A stretch of 64,000 bases of DNA from NCBI GenBank assembly GCA_031362565.1, contig JANLSU010000070.1, positions 32,001 to 96,000 of the forward strand, given 5' to 3'. Positions 1 through 8,819 of this stretch are shown here, one piece after another (positions within the stretch are counted from its first letter, which is position 1; every line of letters starts with the position of its first letter). Under the pieces are notes generated by a model. That model searched no databases. It was not told the origin of the DNA and worked only from the letters and a program-made list of their open reading frames with translations. This stretch comes from a bacterium (GTDB taxonomy: Bacteria; Krumholzibacteriota; Krumholzibacteriia; G020349025). Made by a program: the position numbers and the translations under genes.

Positions 1-246
1 GCCTCAACCCGGTGTCGTTCCCCCGTCTCCGCTCGTCACGGAGCACGGCTTCATGAATGTCGGCGCAGAGGTTCGGCGAGGGCGACACGGTAAAAATTCG
101 CTAGGGGGAAGCACGAGGCCGGGATGGAGCGCCAATCCCCACACTGGCGTCCATCCCTAAGCCCCAGCTTTCCGATCAACCCGCGAATCTCGAACGGTCG
201 ACCTGAGATTCGCGAGTCACGCATCGATGCGAACAGCTACCTACAC

Positions 247-262
247 AGCACCCGCCGTGCCA
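247..262 (-). promoter_or_regulatory. sigma-54 (-24/-12) promoter firing leftwards toward a gene outside the window
   Basis: Minus strand TGGCACGGCGGGTGCT = TGGCAC with exact GG-N10-GC spacing. IHF-like TAAGCCATTGCAT lies just upstream, within an AT-rich intergenic region. Confidence 0.75.
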
Positions 263-354
263 AACAAAGTCGACGATGCAATGGCTTATTTTACAGCACG
301 TTACAGGTATAGCCCGGCGGGGATCCCAAAACGCCGCCGAAAATTTGCGGGGAA

Positions 355-440
355 CTGTGAAATTTATTCATAGCCGCGGCGGGTGGTTTGTTGGAAAGCG
401 TTGATTCTACGGCAGTTCGGCTACGAAAAACTTTTACTAG
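355..440. promoter_or_regulatory. candidate upstream activator sequences (two related imperfect palindromes)
   Basis: CTGTGAA-N5-TTCATAG (355-373) and CTACGAA-N6-TTACTAG (421-440), roughly 95-180 bp upstream of the -24 box. Confidence 0.45.
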
Positions 441-500
441 CGGGCGCGGCCCGATTTCGAATTTGGCGCGCCGCGGTTCCCCGCACTGGCGGCGTGGCGC

Positions 501-524
501 AAAAAAAAACGGGCTGACGCCCGC
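501..524 (-). terminator. rho-independent terminator of the peptide/bEBP transcript
   Basis: Minus strand GCGGGC-GTCA-GCCCGT hairpin running into a T-tract (A9 at 501-509 on +), about 40 nt after the stop at 567. Confidence 0.75.
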
Positions 525-566
525 TCTGAGCCTCCAGTTGGGCTCGGCTGCCCCTTTGGCCGCAAC

Positions 567-3500
567 TCACATTTCGCCTGGCTCGACGGCTGAACCGTAC
601 AGTTTGATCTTCTGCAAGAGGCTTGGATAGCTGATCCCGAGCATGCGCGCCGCTTCGGATTTGTTGCCATCGGAACGGCGCAGGCAAACTTGGATGAGAT
701 GCGACTCGAGTTGCGCGACGTGTTCGCGCAGCGTCAAACCACCGGGGTCCGCTGCCTCGTCGACGCCGTCGGAGAGCGCCTTGAGTTCGTCCGGCAGGTG
801 CCGCACGGTAATCGGCTGGCGATCGTCCGCCAGAATGACCGCCCGCTTGATGCATTTTTCGAGCTCCCGCACGTTGCCCGGCCAGGCATAGGCCTCGAGC
901 AGTTGCATGGCCTGGCGCGACACACCGGGAATGGTCTTCTGCATCTCCACCGTGAACCGGCGCAGGTAGTGTTCGACGAGCGGCTTCACATCGCCGCGGC
1001 GGGCGCGTAATGGCGGGATCGTGATCGGGAAATCATTCAACCGGTAGTACAGATCTTCGAGAAACAAACCCTGGCTCACGAGTTCCTTGATATTGCCCTT
1101 CGTCGCCACGATGACCCGCACATCGACCTTGCGGAAGACGTTCGAGCCGACCGGACGCACTTCGGAACTGTCGAGAAACTGCAAGAGTTTGCCCTGCATG
1201 AACAGCGACGTCTTGCCGACCTCGTCCAAGAAGACCGTCCCGCCCGTGGCGGCTTCGAGCAAGCCCATTTTCTCGGAGTCCGCGCCCGTGAAAGCGCCGC
1301 GCGCGTGCCCAAAGAGTTCGCTTTCGAGCAGCGGTTCCGGGAGCGCCGCGCAGTTCAGGGCCACGAACTTGCGGCCGCGCCGTTCGCTCGCCATGTGAAT
1401 GCCGTGGGCCAGCAACCCCTTGCCGGTGCCGGTTTCGCCGGCCAGCAGCACCGTGCAGGTGCTCGCGGCCACCTTCTGCGCCAAACCCATGACCCGGAAC
1501 ATCGACGCATCAGTGGTGATGAGACGGCGCATGGCCGGATGCAAATCGTCGCGTCCGGTTTGCACTTCGGGCGCTTGCAGCTGTTCGCGATAGTGCTCGG
1601 CCACCAACACGCCCGCCATACTCGCGAAAGTCGCCACGACGTCGACGTCGTCGGGGCCAAAGGGCCGCGGCGCTTGGGCCCGCGCCCGCTCGACATACAC
1701 CACACCGATCACGCGTTCGCCGGCGCACAGCGGATGCCAAATCACTGCGCCGGCGCGCGCCGCCAAGTCCGCAAACTGGCTCGCGAACGCACCGTCGACC
1801 TGGGCGAGCACCCGCGGCCGGCAACCGTCACTCATCATCGCGCCGGCGAGTCCGAGCGCTTCGTCGGCACCGATGCCGCTTGTACCGTGCAGATGCGCCG
1901 CCGCCTCACCCGGAAAACGCAGCGCCAAGAACGCCGACGACGCGCCGACGCGATCCCGCAATGCTTCGAGCGACTGGCGCAAACCGGGCTCCAGGTCATT
2001 GGCCGAACGCGCCAGCGCATACAAATCCGAAAACAACTGCGTCGCGCCGCCGGGACCGTGGCTTGAACGGGCGACGAGCGCACTTTCCAGGTCACGGCGC
2101 AGGGCCTGCGCCTCGCCCAGGAAACCGAACGTGGGATTGTCCTCGCACAGCCGCTCGACGTCGTACAGGGCCAGGAGTCCATCGTCGTATTCACCGCGCC
2201 CGAGATGGGCGCGCGCGATCACGAGCCCCGCCGCGCAGTAGCCATGATCTTCTTCGAGCGCGTGCAGGGCTTCGGAGGCCGCGGCACCTTCGTGGGCGGC
2301 GCGCAACAGCCCTTCGGTGTCGCCCTGCGAGCAATGCAACCGCCCCAATTCGATACGGCTCCATGCCGCTTCGAACGGATTCGCGGTGCGCTCGAAGGCG
2401 GTCACACTGGCGGTCAGACACTTGATTGCCTCGGCGTGGTGCCCGAGTCCCGCTGACGCGAGTCCGAGAGTGCGGAGGATGAAACCCACTTCGTGCGTGT
2501 CGCCACAGGACTCGCAAACCTTCAATGCACGGCGGGCAATCGCGACGGCCTCGGAGCGCAGCCCGCAGCGCAGTTGCAATTCGGCCTGGCGGCGCAGGAT
2601 CTCGCCGACGACGTCACCCTTGGGGGCGAAGGACCGCGCCTTCTTGAGCCCCGACTCGTAGTTCTCGCGCGCCTCGGCCAAGCGGCCCTGGGCGAACATC
2701 GAATCGCCGAGGAATTCGTCGGCGAGCGCCAGCGAGCGCGCCATCTGATGCCGCTCGGCGACAACGCGCGCCTCGAGCAGATATTTTTCGGCCTGCGCGT
2801 ACTTCCCCATCGCAATGAGGACGCGGCCCAACGAATTGAGGCAACTCACCACGGTACCTTCGTCGCCCAGCGCACTCGCCAGCCGGCGCGCGCGCCGCAA
2901 GTGCGCCACGGCTTCGTGGAACTCGCGAGTTTTGGTGTAGACGATGCCGAGATTGCCGAGCGTGCGCGCCAAACGCCGGGTCACTCCGAGACGCTCGGCG
3001 ATATCGCGCGCCTGGGTCAGCGAACGAATCGCTTTGTCCCACTGGCAGGCGTTCTTGTACGCCAGCCCGAGATTGTTCAAGACATCGGCGATGCCCTCTT
3101 GATCCTCGATCCGGCGATACGCCGCCAGGGCGTCGAGATTCAATTGCTCGGATTCCGCGGCGCGTCCGAGACGCAGGTTGCAGCATGCGGCGACGCTCAG
3201 CACGAAGGCGTATTCGCGGTGAGCGGCCGTCGCCTTGAGGATTTCGAGAGCGATGCGGGCGTCTTCGAGGGCCGCTTCGTGCCGCCCCTGCGAGCACAAG
3301 AGATCGGCGCGCCGCCCAAGCATGAGACCATGCTCGAGTTCGTATTCGTAGCCCTTCAGGAACAAGCGGGCGCGTTCCAGGTACGTCTGCGCTTGCTCGA
3401 GCTGGCCGCGCGAGCGCAGGCAATCGGAGATCTTGCGGTTCAAACGGGCCGCGACCGTGGGATCGAATTCGACCTCGGTGCCGAGTCCGCGCAGCGCATC

Positions 3501-3635
3501 CTCGTAGTACTCGAGCGCCGGCGAAAAGGCCTCGGTACCGAAATGGACGTCGCCGACTTCCTCGAGAGCAGCCAAGGACGCGGCCGACTCCCGGCCGTTG
3601 GGTTCCCCTGGATCGTGGCGATCGCGACTCAGCAT
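567..3635 (-). CDS. sigma-54-dependent transcriptional activator: TPR repeats + GAF-like domain + AAA+ + Fis-type HTH
   Basis: Multiple TPR repeats (e.g. ADVLNNLGLAYKNACQWDKAI), Walker A GETGTGKG, ESELFGHARGAFTGA, Walker B FLDEV, WPGNVRELE, C-terminal NKSEAARMLGIS. Start may be 3635 (ATG) or 3692. Confidence 0.93.
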   Translation of the reverse strand: MLSRDRHDPGEPNGRESAASLAALEEVGDVHFGTEAFSPALEYYEDALRGLGTEVEFDPTVAARLNRKISDCLRSRGQLEQAQTYLERARLFLKGYEYELEHGLMLGRRADLLCSQGRHEAALEDARIALEILKATAAHREYAFVLSVAACCNLRLGRAAESEQLNLDALAAYRRIEDQEGIADVLNNLGLAYKNACQWDKAIRSLTQARDIAERLGVTRRLARTLGNLGIVYTKTREFHEAVAHLRRARRLASALGDEGTVVSCLNSLGRVLIAMGKYAQAEKYLLEARVVAERHQMARSLALADEFLGDSMFAQGRLAEARENYESGLKKARSFAPKGDVVGEILRRQAELQLRCGLRSEAVAIARRALKVCESCGDTHEVGFILRTLGLASAGLGHHAEAIKCLTASVTAFERTANPFEAAWSRIELGRLHCSQGDTEGLLRAAHEGAAASEALHALEEDHGYCAAGLVIARAHLGRGEYDDGLLALYDVERLCEDNPTFGFLGEAQALRRDLESALVARSSHGPGGATQLFSDLYALARSANDLEPGLRQSLEALRDRVGASSAFLALRFPGEAAAHLHGTSGIGADEALGLAGAMMSDGCRPRVLAQVDGAFASQFADLAARAGAVIWHPLCAGERVIGVVYVERARAQAPRPFGPDDVDVVATFASMAGVLVAEHYREQLQAPEVQTGRDDLHPAMRRLITTDASMFRVMGLAQKVAASTCTVLLAGETGTGKGLLAHGIHMASERRGRKFVALNCAALPEPLLESELFGHARGAFTGADSEKMGLLEAATGGTVFLDEVGKTSLFMQGKLLQFLDSSEVRPVGSNVFRKVDVRVIVATKGNIKELVSQGLFLEDLYYRLNDFPITIPPLRARRGDVKPLVEHYLRRFTVEMQKTIPGVSRQAMQLLEAYAWPGNVRELEKCIKRAVILADDRQPITVRHLPDELKALSDGVDEAADPGGLTLREHVAQLESHLIQVCLRRSDGNKSEAARMLGISYPSLLQKIKLYGSAVEPGEM

Positions 3636-3670
3636 GGATGTCCCTTGGCGTTCAACCGAATGCCGCTTCG

Positions 3671-4000
3671 CTACGCTCGGAACCTGGACCACATCTTGAA
3701 ACCTTCACGAATCTGCATCCACAGGTCCTGGAAGTCCCAGTCGCGTTGCGCCCCACCTTGATTCGGCGCGACGCCGGTCGTGGGCACTCCACCGCGCGGC
3801 GGCAGCGCCGTCCGGTTCGGCATGTCGTCATCACCCGGAGTGGTGATCGGCGTGCGCGGATTGGGGAGCGCCGGCTGGTTGCGCGCCCGAGTCACGAGTT
3901 GGCTGTATGAAGATTGATCGGCCGCGCGGAGGGGAGAGACCGCGACGGCAAGCAAGACCGCGGAGACCAGAAGCGACGCTGGCCAAAACCGCTTGAGCAT
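3671..4000 (-). CDS. small secreted Pro-rich protein (109 aa), candidate signalling propeptide
   Basis: GGAAGGAG RBS before ATG 4000; signal peptide MLKRFWPASLLVSAVLLAVAVSPLRA; Pro-rich core with GDDDMP; Trp-rich amphipathic C-terminus. Confidence 0.75.
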   Translation of the reverse strand: MLKRFWPASLLVSAVLLAVAVSPLRAADQSSYSQLVTRARNQPALPNPRTPITTPGDDDMPNRTALPPRGGVPTTGVAPNQGGAQRDWDFQDLWMQIREGFKMWSRFRA

Positions 4001-4139
4001 GGCCCAAACTCCTTCCGCACCGACGGCCCCGAGTGGGACTCGTACTGGCGAGGGCCCGGCATCGAAAGCCTTCCGCGTCGCCCCAACCCGAATCCGAAAG
4101 TTCAAGGGCATCCTCCGAAACACGACACGGATTACTCGA

Positions 4140-4167
4140 ATGATAACACGCCGATGGGGGGCGTCAA
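4140..4167 (-). promoter_or_regulatory. sigma-70-type promoter for the peptide/bEBP operon
   Basis: TTGACG-N16-TATCAT with TG extended -10. Confidence 0.55.
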
Positions 4168-4260
4168 GTGACCCGCGCCGGATTTCCGCGCGCCGGGCCG
4201 CGAAACCCGTTGCGGCACGGGAGGGTACAGGCCCGCCCACCGCTGCGGTCGCCCCTGCGG

Positions 4261-4276
4261 GGGCATGCGTCTTGCC
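4261..4276 (+). promoter_or_regulatory. sigma-54 promoter upstream of the HAD-like / PGT-acetyltransferase genes
   Basis: GGGCATGCGTCTTGCC: GG-N10-GC with TTGC, about 30 nt before ATG 4308. Confidence 0.6.
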
Positions 4277-4307
4277 CTCCCGAAGGCAAGCCGAAAGGGG
4301 CCGCGCG

Positions 4308-4925
4308 ATGTTCCAGGCCGTTGTGGTCGGTATGGCAGGTGTCGTCGATCGACCGGACGCGCTGCGGCGCGCCGAAATCGACGCGGCAGCGGCGTGGGTC
4401 GCGGGCCGCGGCGGCGACTTGGATGGCTTCCGCCAGGCCGCCGACCCGGCACTCAGCAATTGGCTCGCGCTCGCGCTGCCGGCGGCCGGACTGGCACCAG
4501 ACCGTCGGCTGCTGCGCGAGATTTGGTCGGCGGTTCAGGACGCGGTCCCGGCCGCCGAAAGCGCCGCGGTACGCGACTGGCTTCAGCCGCTCCGTGGCAG
4601 CACCCGCCTGGCGGTGGTCGATTCCGGCAGCGGACACCGCATGGACCGGTGGCTGGCGCACCTCGGCATTGGCGACTGGTTCGAACGCCGCCTGTGGACC
4701 GCAGATCTCGGGCGCGACGCGCGGCCGCCGCGGCCGCTGGCGTTCCGCTGGATTGCGTCGCGCATCGACGTCGCCGCGCACGACTGTCTGTATGTTGCCG
4801 GCCGCGCCGAGCTGGCCGCGGCCGCGCAACACGCGGGTTGGCAAGTCTTGCATCTGCCGCGGCCGTTGGACCCGGCGATCGATTGGGATGCCGTGGTCGC
4901 AGGCCGTTTGCCGGAGGTTTGTTGA
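4308..4925 (+). CDS. HAD-superfamily-like protein with degenerate catalytic motifs
   Basis: HAD-like layout (MFQAVVVGMAGVVD...RLAVVDSG...LGIGDWFE...PPRPLAF...CLYVAG...AGW), but the DxD, Lys and GD motif residues are absent. Confidence 0.6.
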   Translation: MFQAVVVGMAGVVDRPDALRRAEIDAAAAWVAGRGGDLDGFRQAADPALSNWLALALPAAGLAPDRRLLREIWSAVQDAVPAAESAAVRDWLQPLRGSTRLAVVDSGSGHRMDRWLAHLGIGDWFERRLWTADLGRDARPPRPLAFRWIASRIDVAAHDCLYVAGRAELAAAAQHAGWQVLHLPRPLDPAIDWDAVVAGRLPEVC

Positions 4926-4929
4926 GCCC

Positions 4930-6126
4930 ATGGAAGGCACGCATTCCAGCCCGAGCGGACTCGATCGCCTCGCCGCAGGCGCGCTCCTGCTGGTCCTCGC
5001 ACCGCTCTTCGCCGGTATCGCGCTCGCCATCCGCCTGGACAGCCCGGGCAGCCCCTTTTGTCTGGAAGAGTGCACCGGCGCCGACGGCCGGTCCGTCACC
5101 ATCTTCCGCTTCCGCACCGTGCGCCGGGCGGTCCCATACAAAGGCCATGGGGCTGTGGCCACCCACGCCGGCGCAACCCTCACCCGCGTCGGCGCGTTCC
5201 TGCACGCCGCGCGCTGGGATGAGATTCCGCAGCTCATCAACATCGCACTCGGCGAAATGAGTTTTCAGAGCCCGCGGCCGGCAGTGGCCGGCGCACCGGA
5301 CAGTTTTGACGCCACCCGGGCCGGGCACGCGGCAGAGACTTCGGCAAGCGCCGCGGCACCCGTGCCGGCCGCGGCCACGCACGACGCCGCCGCGGCAGAC
5401 TCCGCACCGCCCGTATCAGCGGTGGCGGTTGCAAGTCCGGCCGGCGCCGTCCTGCCGGGCGTCGCGGCGCCGCTCTTGCCGCTGCTCGTCATCGGTGCCG
5501 GCGGCCACGCCCGCGTCCTCATCGACATCGTCGAGAAGCAGGCCCGCTATCGAGTCGTCGGCCTGCTCGATGATCGCACCGCACTCCGCGGCACCAGGTT
5601 GATGGGCTATCCGGTTCTTGGCGGCCGTGAAGTTCTCGACGAACCCGGCGCACCATCGCACGCCATCATCGCCATCGGTGCGCCGCGCGCCCGCAGCGTC
5701 TGGCAGGAACACTTGGAATCGCGCGGCTTTCAGCTCGCGGTGCTCGTGCATCCGTCGGCGCAGATCGGGCGCGATGTCAGCATCGGTGCCGGCAGCGTTT
5801 GCATGGCGATGGTCGCGATCAACTCCGGCGCGCGCCTCGGCCGCGGCGTCATCGTCAACACGTCGGCAAGCATCGACCATGACTGTGAGATCGGACCGTT
5901 CGCGCACATCGCACCGGGCGCCCGCCTCGCCGGCGGCGTGCGCATCGGCGACCGCGCGCATGTCGGCATCAACGCCTGCGTCATCCAGAGCCGGAGCGTG
6001 GGTGCCGATGCAACGGTCGGCGCGGGGGCGGCGGTCATTCGCGACGTGGCGGCAGGCTCGACAGTCGTCGGCGTGCCGGCGCGTGCGATTGCGGTGCGCA
6101 AGACCGAATCCGTTCCGGCGAGTTGA
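4930..6126 (+). CDS. fused phosphoglycosyl transferase (PglC/WcaJ-type) and PglD/NeuD-type sugar acetyltransferase
   Basis: N-terminal RFRTV...TRVGAFL...WDEIPQLINIALGEMS..PRP; Ala/Pro linker; IGAGGHA...LVHPSA...IVNTSASIDHDC hexapeptide repeats ending GVPAR. Confidence 0.85.
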   Translation: MEGTHSSPSGLDRLAAGALLLVLAPLFAGIALAIRLDSPGSPFCLEECTGADGRSVTIFRFRTVRRAVPYKGHGAVATHAGATLTRVGAFLHAARWDEIPQLINIALGEMSFQSPRPAVAGAPDSFDATRAGHAAETSASAAAPVPAAATHDAAAADSAPPVSAVAVASPAGAVLPGVAAPLLPLLVIGAGGHARVLIDIVEKQARYRVVGLLDDRTALRGTRLMGYPVLGGREVLDEPGAPSHAIIAIGAPRARSVWQEHLESRGFQLAVLVHPSAQIGRDVSIGAGSVCMAMVAINSGARLGRGVIVNTSASIDHDCEIGPFAHIAPGARLAGGVRIGDRAHVGINACVIQSRSVGADATVGAGAAVIRDVAAGSTVVGVPARAIAVRKTESVPAS

Positions 6127-6218
6127 GCGAATCCGTCCCTTCCGCACCTCACATCGCATCCCTTCTCCGCCCGACCCATCCGATTAGCGTCAAGCAGCTG
6201 TTCGAGTAGCAGCGGCGG

Positions 6219-7580
6219 CTACTCCGAACTCTTGGGCAGATCGTACTTCTCGATCTTCTTGTAGAGATTGCTGCGCTGCATGTCGAGCTCGCGAGCGGTG
6301 CGGCTGACGTTGCCGTCGTTTTCGGACAGCTTGCGTTCGAGAAAACGTTTCTCGGCCTCGTCCTTGAATTCTTGGAATGTGCGGTGTGTGAACAGGCTGT
6401 CGTCGTCGGGATTGCGCGGGCCGACGGGATCGAGTGGCAGATCGACGGCGTCGATCCGGTCGCCGCGGGTCAGGATGAGGGCGCGCTCGACGAGATTGCG
6501 CAACTCGCGGACATTGCCCGGCCAGGGGTGCAGCACGAGGCGCTCGATCGCCTGCGACGTCATGGTCTTGGGACGCTGGCCGACGCCTTCGGACAAGCGC
6601 TGCAAGAAGTAGTTCGCGAGCAGCGGCACGTCGTCGCGGCGCTCCCGCAGCGGCGGGACGCGAATTGGCACGACATTCAGCCGGTAGAACAGATCTTCGC
6701 GGAATTGCCCGGCGCGGGACTCCGCCAATAGGTCTTTGTTCGTGGCGGCAATGACGCGGACATCGACGAGGCGCGTTTCGTTGCCGCCGACCTTCTCGAG
6801 CTTGCCTTCCTGCAGGACGCGCAGGACCTTGGCCTGCGCGGCCAGGCTCATATCGCCGATCTCGTCCAGAAACAACGTGCCGCGATCGGCCTGTTCGAAC
6901 TTGCCGACCCGGTTGGCGATCGCGCCGGTGAAACTCCCCTTCACGTGCCCGAACAGTTCCGACTCGATGAGTTCATCGGGAATCGCGGCGCAGTTCACTT
7001 CCACGAACGAATCGGCGGCGCGCCGGCTCTTGGCGTGAATGGCGCGCGCCACGAGCTCCTTGCCGGAGCCGTTTTCGCCGACGATGAGGACGCGCGCGTC
7101 GGTGGGAGCGACGCGTTCGATGGTGTCGCGGATGGTCTGCATCGCGGCACTCTGGCCCATCATTTCGTCGTGGCTCGGGTGGGTGCGCCGCAGTTCGCGG
7201 ATTTCGCGCGCCTGTTGCCGCTGCCGCAGTCCGTTGCGAATGACGGTCAGGAGGCGTTCCTGCTCCCAGGGTTTCTCGAGATAGTCATCGGCGCCGAGTT
7301 TCATGCACTCGACGGCGGTCTGCGTGTCGCCATGCGCGGTGACCATCACCACGAACGGTCCGTCATTGCGCTCGCGAATCCGCTGCAACACTTCCAAGCC
7401 GTCCATGCGCGGCATCTTGATGTCGAGCAGCACGACATCGACGGGTTCTTCGGCCAGCAGTTCCAAGGCGCGGAAGCCGTCCTCCGCGAGGCGGGTCTCG
7501 TAGCCGTTGTATTCGAGCAAGCGTTGCAGCGAAATGCGGATACTGTCTTCGTCGTCGACGATCAAGATGCGCTGGGCCAC
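6219..7580 (-). CDS. NtrX/NtrC-family sigma-54 response regulator
   Basis: REC domain (ILIVDDE, LLDIKMP, KP), GENGSGKE, GSFTGA, WPGNVRELRN, Fis HTH. Confidence 0.93.
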   Translation of the reverse strand: MAQRILIVDDEDSIRISLQRLLEYNGYETRLAEDGFRALELLAEEPVDVVLLDIKMPRMDGLEVLQRIRERNDGPFVVMVTAHGDTQTAVECMKLGADDYLEKPWEQERLLTVIRNGLRQRQQAREIRELRRTHPSHDEMMGQSAAMQTIRDTIERVAPTDARVLIVGENGSGKELVARAIHAKSRRAADSFVEVNCAAIPDELIESELFGHVKGSFTGAIANRVGKFEQADRGTLFLDEIGDMSLAAQAKVLRVLQEGKLEKVGGNETRLVDVRVIAATNKDLLAESRAGQFREDLFYRLNVVPIRVPPLRERRDDVPLLANYFLQRLSEGVGQRPKTMTSQAIERLVLHPWPGNVRELRNLVERALILTRGDRIDAVDLPLDPVGPRNPDDDSLFTHRTFQEFKDEAEKRFLERKLSENDGNVSRTARELDMQRSNLYKKIEKYDLPKSSE

Positions 7581-7750
7581 GCGGGCGCTCCTTCGGTTCG
7601 CCCGGCCCAGAGGTCCGCCGGGACCGGCACATCATAGCACTGACCCCTTTTGGAGACACCCGAACTTGCGGGGGCAGGCCCCGGCAGCCTACGCTGGGGA
7701 TGGAACTCGGATTCGGTCCCGAGCCCCTTTACCCCGCCGACGGAGACTCG

Positions 7751-8803
7751 ATGATCGCGCTGAAAGGGCTCTTGTACGAGGAATTGGCCGCCGCGGTGGC
7801 GGCGCTCGGCTTCGAGCGCTACCGCACCGACCAAATCGTCGACTGGATCTATCGCAAGCGCGCCACCGACTTCGGCGCCATGACCAACTTGTCGGCCGAG
7901 CAGCGCACCCAACTGGAGTCGGCGTTCGATCTGACGGCCCTGGACGAGATCGCCCACCAAGTCTCGGCGCACGACGGAACGCGCAAATTCCTGCTGCGGG
8001 CGCGCGATGGCCAAGCGGCCGAAACCGTCCTCATGCCGATGGACGGCCATCACACCGTGTGCGTGTCGTCGCAAGTCGGCTGCCGTTTTGCTTGCAAGTT
8101 CTGCGTCACCGCGCGGCGCGGGCTCGTCCGCAACCTCGGCGCCGACGAGATCGTGCAACAGGTGTTGCATGCGCGGCGCTGGGCGGACGGCGGACTCAAC
8201 ATTGTGTTCATGGGCTTGGGCGAACCGCTCGACAACTTCGACGCGGTGGTCCAGGCGATCCGCGTCCTCACGGCGCCGGAGTTCGCGCCGATCGGCGCGC
8301 GCCGCATCACCGTCTCGACGACCGGCATTCCGGATCGCATCCGGGCTCTCGCCGATCTCGACCTGCGCGTCAAACTGGCGTTGTCGCTGAATGCGAGCGA
8401 CGATGCGAGCCGCAAGGCGCTGATGCCGGTGTCGGGACGCAATTCGCTCCTGGACACGCTCGCGGCGCTGGAGTATTTCGCGGCCCGCACCCGGCATCAC
8501 GTGACGCTCGAGTACGTGCTCTTGCGCGGCGTCAACGACCGCCCCGAAGACATCCGGCGCTTGCGGGCCCTGGGCGGGGCGGAGAAACCATTCAAGTTCA
8601 ACGTCATCCCGTGGAATCCCGATCCGCGGCTGAATTTCGAGCGGCCCGATCCGCCGACCGTGGCGGCATTCGCGGCGGCACTCGAGGGCGCGTTCCGTTC
8701 GGTAAGCGTGCGCTGGAGCAAAGGCGTCGACATCGACGCGGCGTGTGGCCAACTCTTCGGCAAGCTGCAGGATGGCGGCGCCCCGCGCGCTGCCGCCGGC
8801 TGA
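7751..8803 (+). CDS. rlmN: 23S rRNA (A2503)/tRNA C2-methyltransferase RlmN
   Basis: DGTRKFL, CVSSQVGCRFACKFC, NIVFMGLGEPL, RITVST, EYVLLRGVND, DIDAACGQL. Confidence 0.92.
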   Translation: MIALKGLLYEELAAAVAALGFERYRTDQIVDWIYRKRATDFGAMTNLSAEQRTQLESAFDLTALDEIAHQVSAHDGTRKFLLRARDGQAAETVLMPMDGHHTVCVSSQVGCRFACKFCVTARRGLVRNLGADEIVQQVLHARRWADGGLNIVFMGLGEPLDNFDAVVQAIRVLTAPEFAPIGARRITVSTTGIPDRIRALADLDLRVKLALSLNASDDASRKALMPVSGRNSLLDTLAALEYFAARTRHHVTLEYVLLRGVNDRPEDIRRLRALGGAEKPFKFNVIPWNPDPRLNFERPDPPTVAAFAAALEGAFRSVSVRWSKGVDIDAACGQLFGKLQDGGAPRAAAG

Positions 8804-8819
8804 GCCGCGGACCGCGGCG

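Noticed and set aside
4280..4305. GGCAAGCCGAAAGG, resembling a riboswitch fragment
   Set aside because: Too short; better explained as the leader and RBS after the sigma-54 box
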